Positions 37,932-47,803 of a DNA stretch of 64,000 nucleotides are shown piece after piece; the first letter of the stretch is position 1; each line of letters opens with the position of its first letter. Under the pieces are notes generated by a model. That model made no database searches, was not told the origin of the DNA, and worked only from the letters and a program-made list of their open reading frames with translations. Position numbers and translations under genes: made by a program. Source of the stretch: Candidatus Eiseniibacteriota bacterium (GTDB lineage Bacteria > Eisenbacteria > RBG-16-71-46 > JABDJR01); contig CAVXKA010000002.1 in NCBI GenBank assembly GCA_963762255.1, positions 64,001-128,000 of the forward strand, read 5' to 3'.

Positions 37932-38645
37932 CTAGTTGTACTGTTGCTTCACCCGTCCCCAGGTGGTTGCCTCGACCGGGGTCGGGGCTCCGCAGGGGTT
38001 CCAGCCCGACATGCAGAACCCTGCGATGCCGAGGTGGGAAGGAACCAGGCCGTCGATCCGATCTTCAGAGGCCTTGCAGTTGGCGACCTTCGCGAAGCCG
38101 GAGACCGGCCGCGTGTCGATTGCGAACTGGTCCGGGCCGTAAAGCCAAACGTTCATCGTGCCGGCGATGGCGACGACGCTGTACGGCGAGTTCGGCTCGG
38201 AGGGGGTGGTCTGACAGTTGACCAGACGGTCCCAGACGATGATGGTCCCGGTGCCTGCAGCAGGCCAATCCAGCTCGGGTCCCGCGCCGTCACCCTGGGG
38301 GAACTCGAGATCGGCGCACATATTCCAACTGTCGACGTCAATCCCGGACGCCACGTCGCCGTCGTACTCGATACCGAACTCCAAACCGGCAATGCCGGTC
38401 GAGTCGGAAGCGTTGCAGACCAGGATCCAGATGCTGTAGCCGTCCGGGTACGGCATGCAGCCGACTTCCGTGACCATGGTCTTGGCGGTCGGCGTGGGCA
38501 TGTTCTCGCAGGGGCTCTTCTGGACAATGGGGGTGACATGGACGGAGATGGCCGCCTGGTCGTTATCCCCGCCTGCCAGAGCGATGGCGGACAGCCCCAT
38601 CGTCATGAAACAGCCGAGAAGCAGTCCTATCAAAGCGCGCTTCAT
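37932..38645 (-). CDS. Secreted Cys-rich beta protein with C-terminal TWG tail
   Basis: AAGGAGG RBS; signal peptide ending ALA; 8 Cys in the mature part; ends PTPVEATTWGRVKQQYN. Confidence 0.85.
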   Translation of the reverse strand: MKRALIGLLLGCFMTMGLSAIALAGGDNDQAAISVHVTPIVQKSPCENMPTPTAKTMVTEVGCMPYPDGYSIWILVCNASDSTGIAGLEFGIEYDGDVASGIDVDSWNMCADLEFPQGDGAGPELDWPAAGTGTIIVWDRLVNCQTTPSEPNSPYSVVAIAGTMNVWLYGPDQFAIDTRPVSGFAKVANCKASEDRIDGLVPSHLGIAGFCMSGWNPCGAPTPVEATTWGRVKQQYN

Positions 38646-38820
38646 CTTGTACTACCTCCTTAGCGATAGGCACGATGCGGACACACAGTTCGCGATGACA
38701 GCTCGTTCGTTCTTGAGGCGAAACACCCCACGGGTAACGCAGGAGCCGCCGGGGTGGACGCCTTTGGCCGTCAGCGAGAACCGGCGGCCACTGGGATCTG
38801 AGTCCACCTGCACCGACAAA

Positions 38821-38849
38821 AGTGTAGCACGCACCCGAAGAACTGTCAA
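38821..38849 (-). promoter_or_regulatory. Sigma70-like promoter of the TWG-tail gene, implying a ~170-nt 5' leader
   Basis: Minus strand TTGACA (38849-38844), 17 bp, TACACT (38826-38821). Confidence 0.65.
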
Positions 38850-39063
38850 CCGGAGCGCCGGGCTAACTGTGCAGCATTCAGTAGATTATAGATATCTGAC
38901 GAGTCGTTGACTGTCAGAATGACCGACATCCATTTCTGCGCCGCGCCCCGAAATGTTGGCGGGCGGAGTGGCAGCCCACGGGACTTGCCCAGGCTGCGAA
39001 GGGGTGAAGTATACTCCGCGGCTCGCCAAGCGAGGCTCGCTTCCATTCACGAAAGGTCGCGCC

Positions 39064-40503
39064 ATGTCGAAAGGGATCACCCCCCGGGCTGAAGACTATT
39101 CACGCTGGTACGGCGACGTCATCGCCCAGGCTCAGTTGGCCGAGAACGCACCGGTGAGGGGATGCATGGTCATCCGGCCCAACGGCTATGCCATCTGGGA
39201 GAAGATGCAGCGGACCCTGGACCGGATGTTCAAGGACACCGGCCACGTGAACGCATACTTCCCACTCTTCATCCCCGAGAGCTTCATGAAGCGCGAGGCC
39301 GCGCATGTGGAGGGGTTCTCCCCGGAGTGCGCGGTGGTGACTCACGGCGGCGGCAAGAAGCTGGAGGAGCCACTCTACGTGCGCCCCACCTCGGAGACGA
39401 TCATCTGGGACATGTACCGCAAGTGGATCATGTCCTACCGCGATCTACCCATCCTGATAAACCAATGGGCCAACGTGGTGCGTTGGGAGATGCGCCCCAG
39501 GCTTTTCCTGCGCACGACCGAGTTCCTCTGGCAGGAAGGGCACACCGCCCACGCCACCGAGGCGGAGGCCGACGAGGAGGCGCGGCGGATGCTGGACGTG
39601 TACTCCACCTTCGCCGAGGAGTTCATGGCGATGCCGGTGATCAAGGGGGTGAAGTCCGAATCCGAGAAGTTCCCCGGCGCCTTCAAGACCTACTGCATCG
39701 AGGCCATGATGCAGGATACGAGGTCCCTGCAGGCGGGGACGAGCCACCATCTCGGGCAGAATTTCGCCAAGGCCTTCGACGTGACGTTCCAGAACGAGAA
39801 GGGCGAGCGCGAGTACGTCTGGGCCACATCCTGGGGCGTGAGCACGCGGTTGATCGGCGGACTCATCATGACCCATTCCGACGACAAGGGGCTGGTGGTC
39901 CCGCCCAAGCTGGCGCCCATCCATGCGGTGGTGCTCCCCATCTGGATGAAGGACGATCAGGTCGAGACCATGAAGCGCGCCGGGCGGGAATTGTTCGAGG
40001 CCTTGAAGCGCAACCACCCCGATCTGGACCTTCACCTCGATGACCGCGAGCAGTACAAGCCGGGTTGGAAGTTCGCCGAGTGGGAGCAGAGAGGAACCCC
40101 GGTACGAGTCGAGCTCGGGCCCCGCGATGTGGAAAAGGGGCAGGTTGTCCTCGTGCGCCGCGATACGGGGGAAAAGCTGAGCGTGCCAAGGGACGACGTG
40201 GGGCGGCACCTCGTGGAGCTTCTCGACGGTATGCAGCGCGACCTCCTGGTGCGGGCGCGCGAGTTCCGCGAGGGGCACACCCACCGGGTGGACGACTACG
40301 AAACCTTCAAGTCGAAACTGGAGGAGCAGGGCGGCTTCTATCTCGCTCACTGGGACGGCACCGCAGAGACCGAGGCCAAGGTCAAGGAGGAGACCAAGGC
40401 GACCATCCGCTGCATACCGCTCGACGCGCCCAACGAACCCGGTACCTGCATGGTGACGGGGCAGCCCAGCACGCGGCGCGTGATCTGGGCGCGCAACTAC
40501 TGA
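39064..40503 (+). CDS. proS: Proline--tRNA ligase (archaeal/eukaryote-like type, no editing insertion)
   Basis: [72 protein letters not shown]-terminal ARNY. Confidence 0.97.
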   Translation: MSKGITPRAEDYSRWYGDVIAQAQLAENAPVRGCMVIRPNGYAIWEKMQRTLDRMFKDTGHVNAYFPLFIPESFMKREAAHVEGFSPECAVVTHGGGKKLEEPLYVRPTSETIIWDMYRKWIMSYRDLPILINQWANVVRWEMRPRLFLRTTEFLWQEGHTAHATEAEADEEARRMLDVYSTFAEEFMAMPVIKGVKSESEKFPGAFKTYCIEAMMQDTRSLQAGTSHHLGQNFAKAFDVTFQNEKGEREYVWATSWGVSTRLIGGLIMTHSDDKGLVVPPKLAPIHAVVLPIWMKDDQVETMKRAGRELFEALKRNHPDLDLHLDDREQYKPGWKFAEWEQRGTPVRVELGPRDVEKGQVVLVRRDTGEKLSVPRDDVGRHLVELLDGMQRDLLVRAREFREGHTHRVDDYETFKSKLEEQGGFYLAHWDGTAETEAKVKEETKATIRCIPLDAPNEPGTCMVTGQPSTRRVIWARNY

Positions 40504-40516
40504 AGTCGATCGGTGG

Positions 40517-41425
40517 CTAGGGCCCGCAGCCGGTCCAGGCCGACTCGAACACCGGACGGAAGACCCCGGAGGAGAGGAGCTCGAGCACCACGGTGCGGCG
40601 CCCACGCTCCGCTTCTTCGCGGAGTATGGCCAGCGGCATCCCCGACTCGGGGGATTCCAGCACTCCAATCAGCCGGCGCGAGAGGCGGGCGGCGCCAGCC
40701 CGCGGTAGGTCGAGGAGGGCGAGGCGAAAACGGCGTTCCCCCGCGTGGGCGCTCGCCCAGAAGTGCAGCACAACGTCCGACGACGCGCCCCCTCCCTTGA
40801 GCCGGACCGCTCCATGCATCCTGCCCACCAACTCCAGCGTCTCCGGGTCCAGGCTTCGCGCAAGCCGCAGATTCTCGCGAACGAGGGGCACGGTCGGGTC
40901 GATCTCCAGCCCGGGCGGGAGTTCCTTCTCGATCTGCGTCCGCGCGTCGCGGGTCAGGCCGGAGAGGGCGCCGGCCAGGTCCTGCGGTCGCCCAAGCCCA
41001 TGCCACACTTGCGCCGGATCGTCGAGTGGCCAGCGCATCCATCCCGCCCGGGTCGTGCCGGGGATCGGATCCTCCAGACCGAGGTCGACCGGAAGCGATC
41101 CCGGCTTCCAGCGGCCTATCGCTACGTCGAAGGTGTCGCATGCCCAGAACGACGGGGCCCACCCCTCGGCGACGAACGTGCCCATCCCCTCGGGAGCGAA
41201 CACGGTGTCGAGCCCTGCTTCCTGGCGCTTCCCCGGAGCGAGCCAGGCCCCGCTTCGCAAGACGGCGATCGGCTCCCACTCGATCCGCCACAGGTACTGC
41301 TCTGGATAGCCTCGCCACTCGAGGACACCGAATCGCGTCTCCGCTGGGGCCGCATGGGCGAGGCCGAGCCCCACCGCGGTGAGGAGGGGGAGCACGGCCA
41401 ACACGATGAGGTTTCTGTGTGTCAT
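40517..41425 (-). CDS. Hypothetical secreted protein
   Basis: ATG 41425 overlaps the upstream stop; signal peptide MTHRNLIVLAVLPLLTAVGLGLAHA. Confidence 0.65.
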   Translation of the reverse strand: MTHRNLIVLAVLPLLTAVGLGLAHAAPAETRFGVLEWRGYPEQYLWRIEWEPIAVLRSGAWLAPGKRQEAGLDTVFAPEGMGTFVAEGWAPSFWACDTFDVAIGRWKPGSLPVDLGLEDPIPGTTRAGWMRWPLDDPAQVWHGLGRPQDLAGALSGLTRDARTQIEKELPPGLEIDPTVPLVRENLRLARSLDPETLELVGRMHGAVRLKGGGASSDVVLHFWASAHAGERRFRLALLDLPRAGAARLSRRLIGVLESPESGMPLAILREEAERGRRTVVLELLSSGVFRPVFESAWTGCGP

Positions 41426-43146
41426 GGGGTTTCCCGATAGAGAGGTTCGACCACGGCGCGACCGTCGCGCACGCTGAGCCGGTAGGGCCGCCGCTCGCGG
41501 TGCCGCTCCCAGAATCGGACGTTGCTCGTTCCTAGATCGGCCACGTAGAGAATCGGATCGGACAGGTCGGGGCGAGGGTTGGGGCGCCCGTAGACCCAGC
41601 TCCGCGCCGGCTGCTCCTGCGTGGAGTTTACGAAAACGATGGCGGGAGGATCGACCGTCGCCCGCACCTCCGCCCAGGGTTCCGCGATTCCGGCAGTCAG
41701 CTCCCGCAGGTGCTGCACCTGTGGCGGCCAGAAGATCGCGAGGGCCGTTGCCATCGAGGCCATCGCACCCGCGGCGACGACGCGAAGGCCCCAGCGTTCT
41801 GCGGCGCGGCGCATGCCGAGCGCGCTGAGCAGCGCGACGGGCAGGAGCATCTCGTAGGTCTTCACCGGCCCCGTGTCGTTGACCCCGATGGACCAGTAGG
41901 GGACGTAGGAAAGGAGGCCGACGAGAAGGGCCGCTGTGGCGACCCGTGCGGCCAGGCTCTCGTGCGCGCGGTCTCCTCGACGCACTCGCAAGAGCGCCAG
42001 CGCCAGAGGAAGCACGGCGAGCGGCCACCCCCAACTCCAGAAGTGAAGTCGGACCGCGAGGAGAGCGGCGTTTCGCAGTCCTTGAACCGGCGTGTGTTCG
42101 TGCACACCGGGCACGATGGGCCCGAAGCCGAATTCGATCATGGAGGGACCGCGGGCGGCCTGGTATCCGGTCACGAACGGGTTTCCGGTCACCGCCCGGT
42201 TGTAGAGGAGAAGGCACAGACCGGCAAGGATCGAGACGGCGAGAGCCGCAAGGACAGCGCGTTGGCGCCGCCGCAGAGCGGCGACCGCGAGCAGTCCGGC
42301 GGGGAAGATGCCAAGGGTCAGCGCGGTGTATGGGCGAGTGAGGAGGAGCAAGCCGAGGCCCGCGCCGGCGGCGACTCCAGCGCCGATCCCGTCCCGAGCC
42401 GTGGCACGCAGGCTTCCCCACGTGGCGAGGGCCAGCGCGAAGTACGCGGTGGAATGGCTCAGCAGCGTGGAACCGGTCAGCAGGAAGAGCGGGGAGGTGA
42501 GCAGGAGCAGGGTCGCGGCGAATCCCCACGAGGGGCCGAGGACGCGACGAAGGATCGCGAAGGAGAGGAGCGTGTTGACCGCTGCCATGAGGATCGGCAC
42601 CGCTCGTGCCCAGCCGAGGAGGATACCCGGGATGAGCGCGATGGGCTGCCCCGGCGGGTACTGCCCGAACCAGCGACCGTCGCGCACCGTAACGAAGACG
42701 TTGCTCAGGAACTCGGGGAGTGCCGGCGCAGGAGCCGCTGCGTGGCCGGCGAGGAGAAGGCGCGACTGAAAGAGATACACGTACTCGTCGTCGGTGACCA
42801 CCTGGTCGCGCAGGAGAACCAGCGACACGATGAGCGTCATACAGGCTGCGGCAAGTGCGAGCGCAGCCGCGGTGACCTTCGGGCTGCGGGCCCAGCGGCG
42901 CCCCGCGTGGGTGAGGCGATCCGCCGCCGGTTCCAGGGCGTAGGTCAAGAACATTGCCGCGAAAATCCCGACGGAGAGGTAGCGAAGGTAGAACCCGATC
43001 TCCCCGGGCGTCAGTTTCAGGAACCACTCCATCCCGTAGGCGAAGAACGGGTGTCGGTCCAACCCCGTCGCTGTCCAGCCTCGTCCCACCGCGAGCAGCG
43101 CGAGTCCACCCGCGAGGGCAACGATGCGTCTAGCGGCGGCGCCCAT
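41422..43146 (-). CDS. GT-C fold membrane glycosyltransferase (PMT/ArnT-like)
   Basis: 'DDEYVYLFQ', 'WFGQYPPG', 'SPLFLL....LSH', 'TRPY', 'YNRAVTGNPF'; more than 10 TMs. Confidence 0.8.
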   Translation of the reverse strand: MGAAARRIVALAGGLALLAVGRGWTATGLDRHPFFAYGMEWFLKLTPGEIGFYLRYLSVGIFAAMFLTYALEPAADRLTHAGRRWARSPKVTAAALALAAACMTLIVSLVLLRDQVVTDDEYVYLFQSRLLLAGHAAAPAPALPEFLSNVFVTVRDGRWFGQYPPGQPIALIPGILLGWARAVPILMAAVNTLLSFAILRRVLGPSWGFAATLLLLTSPLFLLTGSTLLSHSTAYFALALATWGSLRATARDGIGAGVAAGAGLGLLLLTRPYTALTLGIFPAGLLAVAALRRRQRAVLAALAVSILAGLCLLLYNRAVTGNPFVTGYQAARGPSMIEFGFGPIVPGVHEHTPVQGLRNAALLAVRLHFWSWGWPLAVLPLALALLRVRRGDRAHESLAARVATAALLVGLLSYVPYWSIGVNDTGPVKTYEMLLPVALLSALGMRRAAERWGLRVVAAGAMASMATALAIFWPPQVQHLRELTAGIAEPWAEVRATVDPPAIVFVNSTQEQPARSWVYGRPNPRPDLSDPILYVADLGTSNVRFWERHRERRPYRLSVRDGRAVVEPLYRETP

Positions 43147-45382
43147 CAGCTCGTGCCGGCCCCATCGCCTGCAGGCGCGCCCGCGCCTCGCCAGCCTGGG
43201 GTGCGCGCAGACGCGTCAGTGCCTCGTATGCCGTGCGTGCATCCTCGATGCGGCCCGCCCTCTCGTACAGAAACCCCAGGGCAAGGAGCGCCGCCGGGTT
43301 GGGGGCTCCCTCGTTGGCGGCCAGGAGATACGGTTCGGCATCCTTGTCCCGCCCGAGCTCCACGAGGAGCCTCCCCATCTCGAAGCGCACCCCGGTATCG
43401 GAGTTCCCCAGGTCCTGGGCATGCTGATACGCACCGAGCGCACCCAGGCGATCCCCGATGCCCACGAGGGCCGCTGCGAGAGCGAGCGATCCCTCTACGG
43501 AGTTCGGAGCGAGCGCGGCGCCTCGGCGGGCCGCTTCCAGGGCCTTGGCCGGATCTCCGTTCTTGCGATAGGCGACGCTTAACGTGAGCCATGCGGCGGC
43601 GAGATCGGGCTGCGCGGCGACGGATTCCTCCAGATAGGCCAACGCCCGCGCGGTGTCTCCTTTGGCGTAGGTGAGCACGCCGCGCCGGTAGGCGACGGTG
43701 CCGGCCACGTCGCCGATGCGACCTCCGCGAGCTTGCTCCAGCCGGTCGAGAATCTCGAGCGCGTCATCGAGGCGTCCCGCCTTGCGGTAGAGCTCCTCGA
43801 TGTTGAAGTAGGTCTCCGCTTGCCCGGGGTCGACGGCGAGAGCGTGGCGGTAGTGATTCGTGGCCTCCAGGGTCTTTCCCTGAAGAGCGAGAGCGCGTCC
43901 CAGGTTGTTGAGCGCCTCGGGATTATTGGGGTTCGCGTCGAGCGCCCTTTGAAAGGCTTGTGCCGCCCCGGTGAGATCGCCCTGCTGGAGGAGCGTCGCG
44001 CCCTCGACGTTGGCCATGTGGGACCGCGCCAGCGCCTGTTGAACGAGCGGGATGAACGCGAGGCCGGCGTAGAGCGCGGCCGCCCCGACGACCGCGAGAA
44101 GCGGCACCGGGCGCCGTCGCCAGGCGAGGATGCGCTCAACGGCAAGCCCGCAGGCCGGCCAGAGCAGTACGGCCAGCGGAAGACGATAGCGTGCGGTGAC
44201 GAAGAAGAGCATGACGGAGAGCAGGAGCGCGATGAAGAACGTCGCCCATTCGCGTCGCCCGCTCCACCATGCGAGGGCGAGGCCCACTCCTCCCAGCGGG
44301 AGGAGCCACCCCAGGGTGGGAAGGAAGCGCAGCACGACCGCCTTGGCTCGGAAGTAGTCGTAATCGTAGTGGTTGGGGATCTCGTAGTCGTTGAGCGCGA
44401 GCAAAGCCTTGCGGGCGGTGAGCCCGAGGGCTCGGCCGGGCTCGCCGATCCAGAAGTCCGCGCCGCGCTGGAACCAGTGGCGATCGGCCTGCGCGAGAGT
44501 GAGCTTGTGCCCCCGGGCGCGTTCGGCAATCTCGCGCGCGCTCGTGAAGAGTCCCTCCGGGCGGTTCAGGAGGCCTGAATCCGGCGGGATATGAAAGGTG
44601 CCGTCCGCGTCGGGGTTGTTGCCGATGTAGAAGTTGATCCCACCGTTGGCGGAGATGAGGACCGGCTCTCCGGAGACCGCGAGGTTGCGGACGCCGGTCA
44701 TTGCGGGAAGAACGGCAAGGCCGGCGAGAAGGAGAAGCGCCGCTCGGCGATCGGGCCAACCCCAACGCGTCGGAGCGAGCAGCGCGGCAGCGGTGATGAG
44801 GCCGCCGGCGAGAAGGAAGCTGGGTTGGGCAAGTGCGGCCGCGCCAAGGCAGAGTCCGACAGCGAACGCGCTGCGCCGCCGGCCCCAGAATACGAGCGCA
44901 AGCTCGAGGAGAAACACCGCGAGCGAGATGGAGAGGAGCTCGCCCTCGAAGAAAATGAAGGGGCCGTAGAGCGCGCCCCCGGCGGCGGCCACTATGGCCC
45001 CGATCGATCCGGCCAGACGCCGTCCAAGGATCCAGAGGAGGCCCACCCCGGCGACCCCGAGCGCGAACTGCACCGCGCGGGCGCCGGCCAGGCCGAAACC
45101 GAGCGCGTTCATGCCGAAGAGGAACCAGGGATAGAGGGGGCCCTGGGTGTAGGGGGCGCCGGCGGGGGCAAGAGGGCCCTCGCGCTGCATCGTTTCGGCG
45201 AGGCCCACGTAGGTCGCGGCGTCTCCGGTCGGTTGCTGGAACAGGGGAAGGTCGCGCACCTCAGCCCAATACAGCGCCCGCACCACCATCGCGAGGAGCA
45301 GACAGAGAAGCAACGCGCCGCGGGCGATGCGCCCACCGGAATCGAAAGCCGCGGGAATCGTCATGTCTCGCGTATACCCCAT
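43130..45382 (-). CDS. GT-C membrane glycosyltransferase fused to C-terminal TPR repeats
   Basis: GDAATY, GPLYPWFL, YGPFIFFEGELL, NGGINFYIGNNPDADG, FFVTARYRLP, then TPRs (ALNNLGRAL); alternative start 45364. Confidence 0.82.
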   Translation of the reverse strand: MGYTRDMTIPAAFDSGGRIARGALLLCLLLAMVVRALYWAEVRDLPLFQQPTGDAATYVGLAETMQREGPLAPAGAPYTQGPLYPWFLFGMNALGFGLAGARAVQFALGVAGVGLLWILGRRLAGSIGAIVAAAGGALYGPFIFFEGELLSISLAVFLLELALVFWGRRRSAFAVGLCLGAAALAQPSFLLAGGLITAAALLAPTRWGWPDRRAALLLLAGLAVLPAMTGVRNLAVSGEPVLISANGGINFYIGNNPDADGTFHIPPDSGLLNRPEGLFTSAREIAERARGHKLTLAQADRHWFQRGADFWIGEPGRALGLTARKALLALNDYEIPNHYDYDYFRAKAVVLRFLPTLGWLLPLGGVGLALAWWSGRREWATFFIALLLSVMLFFVTARYRLPLAVLLWPACGLAVERILAWRRRPVPLLAVVGAAALYAGLAFIPLVQQALARSHMANVEGATLLQQGDLTGAAQAFQRALDANPNNPEALNNLGRALALQGKTLEATNHYRHALAVDPGQAETYFNIEELYRKAGRLDDALEILDRLEQARGGRIGDVAGTVAYRRGVLTYAKGDTARALAYLEESVAAQPDLAAAWLTLSVAYRKNGDPAKALEAARRGAALAPNSVEGSLALAAALVGIGDRLGALGAYQHAQDLGNSDTGVRFEMGRLLVELGRDKDAEPYLLAANEGAPNPAALLALGFLYERAGRIEDARTAYEALTRLRAPQAGEARARLQAMGPARADGRRR

Positions 45383-45484
45383 CGGTTCGAACTCGTAACC
45401 CTTGCGCGTTGCTCCTGGAGGCCCGACAGTCTAGCATTGTCTTTGCGATTTTCGGACCCGGCCCCACACCCTCAGGATTGACCC

Positions 45485-46306
45485 GTGATTGGAACCGAAT
45501 TGACCGGCAAACATCAAGCGGCCCTGGATATCTTGCGTTCCCTGGGGGGCGCGGTGGTCGCCTTCTCCGCCGGCGTGGATTCAACCCTTCTGCTCCGGCT
45601 GGCCAAGGATGCGCTGGGAAACCGGTGCGTGGCCCTGACCGCGGTCTCGCCCAGCCTACCGGCGCGCGAGCGGGTGGAGGCGGAGGCGCTGTCCGCTGCG
45701 ATCGGGGTGCCCCACATCTGGCGCGAGTCGCATGAACTGGAGCGGCCGGGTTTTGCCGAGAACCCCACCAATCGCTGCTACTACTGCAAGAGTGAGCTCT
45801 TCGATCTCTGCTTCGAGGACGCGGAGCGACTGGGGTTCGAGACCGTGGTCTACGGCGCCACGGTCGACGATTTGGGAGATCACCGGCCCGGGATGGCGGC
45901 CGCCCGACAGCGGGACGCGCGGGCGCCGCTCCTGGAGGCGGGGCTCGGCAAGGATGAGATCCGCGCCCTCTCGCGCGAGCTCGGCCTGCCCACATGGAAC
46001 AAGCCGGCCATGGCCTGTCTTTCGTCGCGGTTTCCGTACGGCACCGCCATCGACGCACAGCGGCTCGGACGCGTGGAGCGGGCAGAGGAGGCGCTCCGGT
46101 GTGAGGGTTTCCGCGAGCTGCGCGTGCGATTTCACGAGGATATCGCGCGCGTGGAGTTGGGCCGCGCCGAGTGGTTGCGCTTGAGCGATCCCGCGACGCG
46201 CGAGCGGGTGGCGCAGGCGATCCGGGCCGCAGGTTTTCGATTTGTAGCGCTGGATCTCGAACCGTTCCGCAGCGGGCGCCTGAACGAGGGCGCCGCCGCC
46301 GACTGA
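45485..46306 (+). CDS. larE: LarE family ATP-dependent sacrificial sulfur transferase
   Basis: VAFSAGVDSTLL, NPTNRCYYCK, DD.GDHRPG..AA, KPAMACLSSRFPYG, LRVRFH, FRSG.LN. Confidence 0.9.
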   Translation: MIGTELTGKHQAALDILRSLGGAVVAFSAGVDSTLLLRLAKDALGNRCVALTAVSPSLPARERVEAEALSAAIGVPHIWRESHELERPGFAENPTNRCYYCKSELFDLCFEDAERLGFETVVYGATVDDLGDHRPGMAAARQRDARAPLLEAGLGKDEIRALSRELGLPTWNKPAMACLSSRFPYGTAIDAQRLGRVERAEEALRCEGFRELRVRFHEDIARVELGRAEWLRLSDPATRERVAQAIRAAGFRFVALDLEPFRSGRLNEGAAAD

Positions 46307-46315
46307 TCCGCCACC

Positions 46316-47803
46316 ATGACCATGCACGATCTGGAACGGCGCTTTTGCGCCAGCCTCAACGTTGCCACGGTCCGCGAGGCCGCCGCGCGGGCGCGAAGCC
46401 TCCCGCCGGAGGTCCCCCTGGTCGAGTTACGCGCGGATCTCCTCGATCCCGGCGAGATGGCGTCTGCCGCCTGGACGCGGCTTCCCGAGGAGACGAGCCA
46501 TCTGCGCTGGACTTTCACCTGGCGTTCCCCCGGCCAAGGGGGGCGGGCGCCGCGACCGCGCGGCGTGCTCGCCCGCGCTCTCGCCGCGGGCTTCGCGGTG
46601 GTGGATGTCGAAGCGGCTGACTTGGAGCGCGGGGACCCGGAGGCGACGGCTGTTCCCCCGGAGCGGAGATGGATCAGCCGGCACCGGCTGGATCCGCTGG
46701 CGGGGCCGGACGAACTCATGGTCGAGTGGGAGGGCCTGCGGTGTCACGCCGGCGCACTCCGCAAGTTGGTCGTGCCCGCACACGACTTTCGGGTGAACGA
46801 CTGGGTCTTGGCTCTGGTGTCCAGCGTGGCCGGCGGAGACGAACCTCCCTGCACGATCTTCGCCTCAGGGGGAATCGGCCATGTCTCCAGGATTGTAGGC
46901 TACTTGTTGGGAAATTCCGTGACCTATCTCGCGGTGGACGAGGGCGAGGAGACCGCGGCCGGCCAGCCCACCCTTCGGCAGGCCCTGGACGTTTATCAGC
47001 TCTCGCATCTTCCCCCCGATCCCCGCCTCTACGGCGTGCTGGGTGGGAAAGCGGGCGCCTCGCGGTCGCCCGAACTGCACAACCATGCGTTTCGGATGTG
47101 CGGAGAGCGATCGCTCTACCTTCCGCTGGCCAGTTCGGACCCGACCCCGGTCCTGGCCTGGCTTGCCACCGGGCGGCTGCGGGGGCTGAGCGTAACCATG
47201 CCGCACAAGGAGGCGGCGCTCACGGCCGTGGAGCGCATCGAGGAAGACGCGCGTCGGGTTGGAGCTGTCAACACCCTTTGGTCGGAGGACGGGCTGGTGC
47301 ACGGAGCCAACACCGATCTCGATGCGGCGCGCGGGATTCTGAGCGATCTCGGCCTGGTTTCGGGCAACGCGATCGCCGTCCTCGGCGCGGGAGGAGCGGC
47401 GGCGGCGGTGCTTGTAGCCGCGCGGACCCTGGGTCTCGAGTGCACGGTCTACAACCGCTCGCTGGGACGCGCCGAGACCCTCTGCGCGCGACTGGGCGGG
47501 CGCTACGCCGGCCCCCCCGAGGAATTGACTCCCCGGTCCTACCAAGGCGTGGTGAACGCCACCCCGATGGGCGGGGCGGTGTCGCTGCCAGAAAGCTTGA
47601 AGTGCGCCGACTGGTCCGGGGTCGCGGTCCTCGATCTGGCCTATGCGAAGGATGTGACCGAGCTGGAGAAGATCGCGGCCGCGGCGGACGCGCGGTTCGT
47701 CGGGGGGCTCGACTTTCTGGCCCGCCAGGCCGCGGGTCAGTTCCGTCGGTGGACGCATCGTCATCTCGATCCCCATCACTTCGCGGCAGGCCTGCGCCGG
47801 TGA
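46316..47803 (+). CDS. aroDE: Bifunctional type I 3-dehydroquinate dehydratase / shikimate dehydrogenase
   Basis: N-part: VELRAD, VDVE, ISRH, RKLV, SRI, TAAGQP. C-part: SRSPELHN, SVTMPHK, GAVNT, NTD, LGAGGAA, YNRS, NATP.G. Confidence 0.85.
   Translation: MTMHDLERRFCASLNVATVREAAARARSLPPEVPLVELRADLLDPGEMASAAWTRLPEETSHLRWTFTWRSPGQGGRAPRPRGVLARALAAGFAVVDVEAADLERGDPEATAVPPERRWISRHRLDPLAGPDELMVEWEGLRCHAGALRKLVVPAHDFRVNDWVLALVSSVAGGDEPPCTIFASGGIGHVSRIVGYLLGNSVTYLAVDEGEETAAGQPTLRQALDVYQLSHLPPDPRLYGVLGGKAGASRSPELHNHAFRMCGERSLYLPLASSDPTPVLAWLATGRLRGLSVTMPHKEAALTAVERIEEDARRVGAVNTLWSEDGLVHGANTDLDAARGILSDLGLVSGNAIAVLGAGGAAAAVLVAARTLGLECTVYNRSLGRAETLCARLGGRYAGPPEELTPRSYQGVVNATPMGGAVSLPESLKCADWSGVAVLDLAYAKDVTELEKIAAAADARFVGGLDFLARQAAGQFRRWTHRHLDPHHFAAGLRR

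Noticed and set aside
38868-38897. Resemblance to a XerCD dif site (GTGCAGCATTC-AGTAGA-TTATAGATATC)
   Set aside because: The XerD arm differs too much from TTATGTTAAAT.
39064-40503. Archaeal/eukaryote-type ProRS as evidence of horizontal transfer
   Set aside because: This type is widespread in bacteria, and the composition matches the surroundings.
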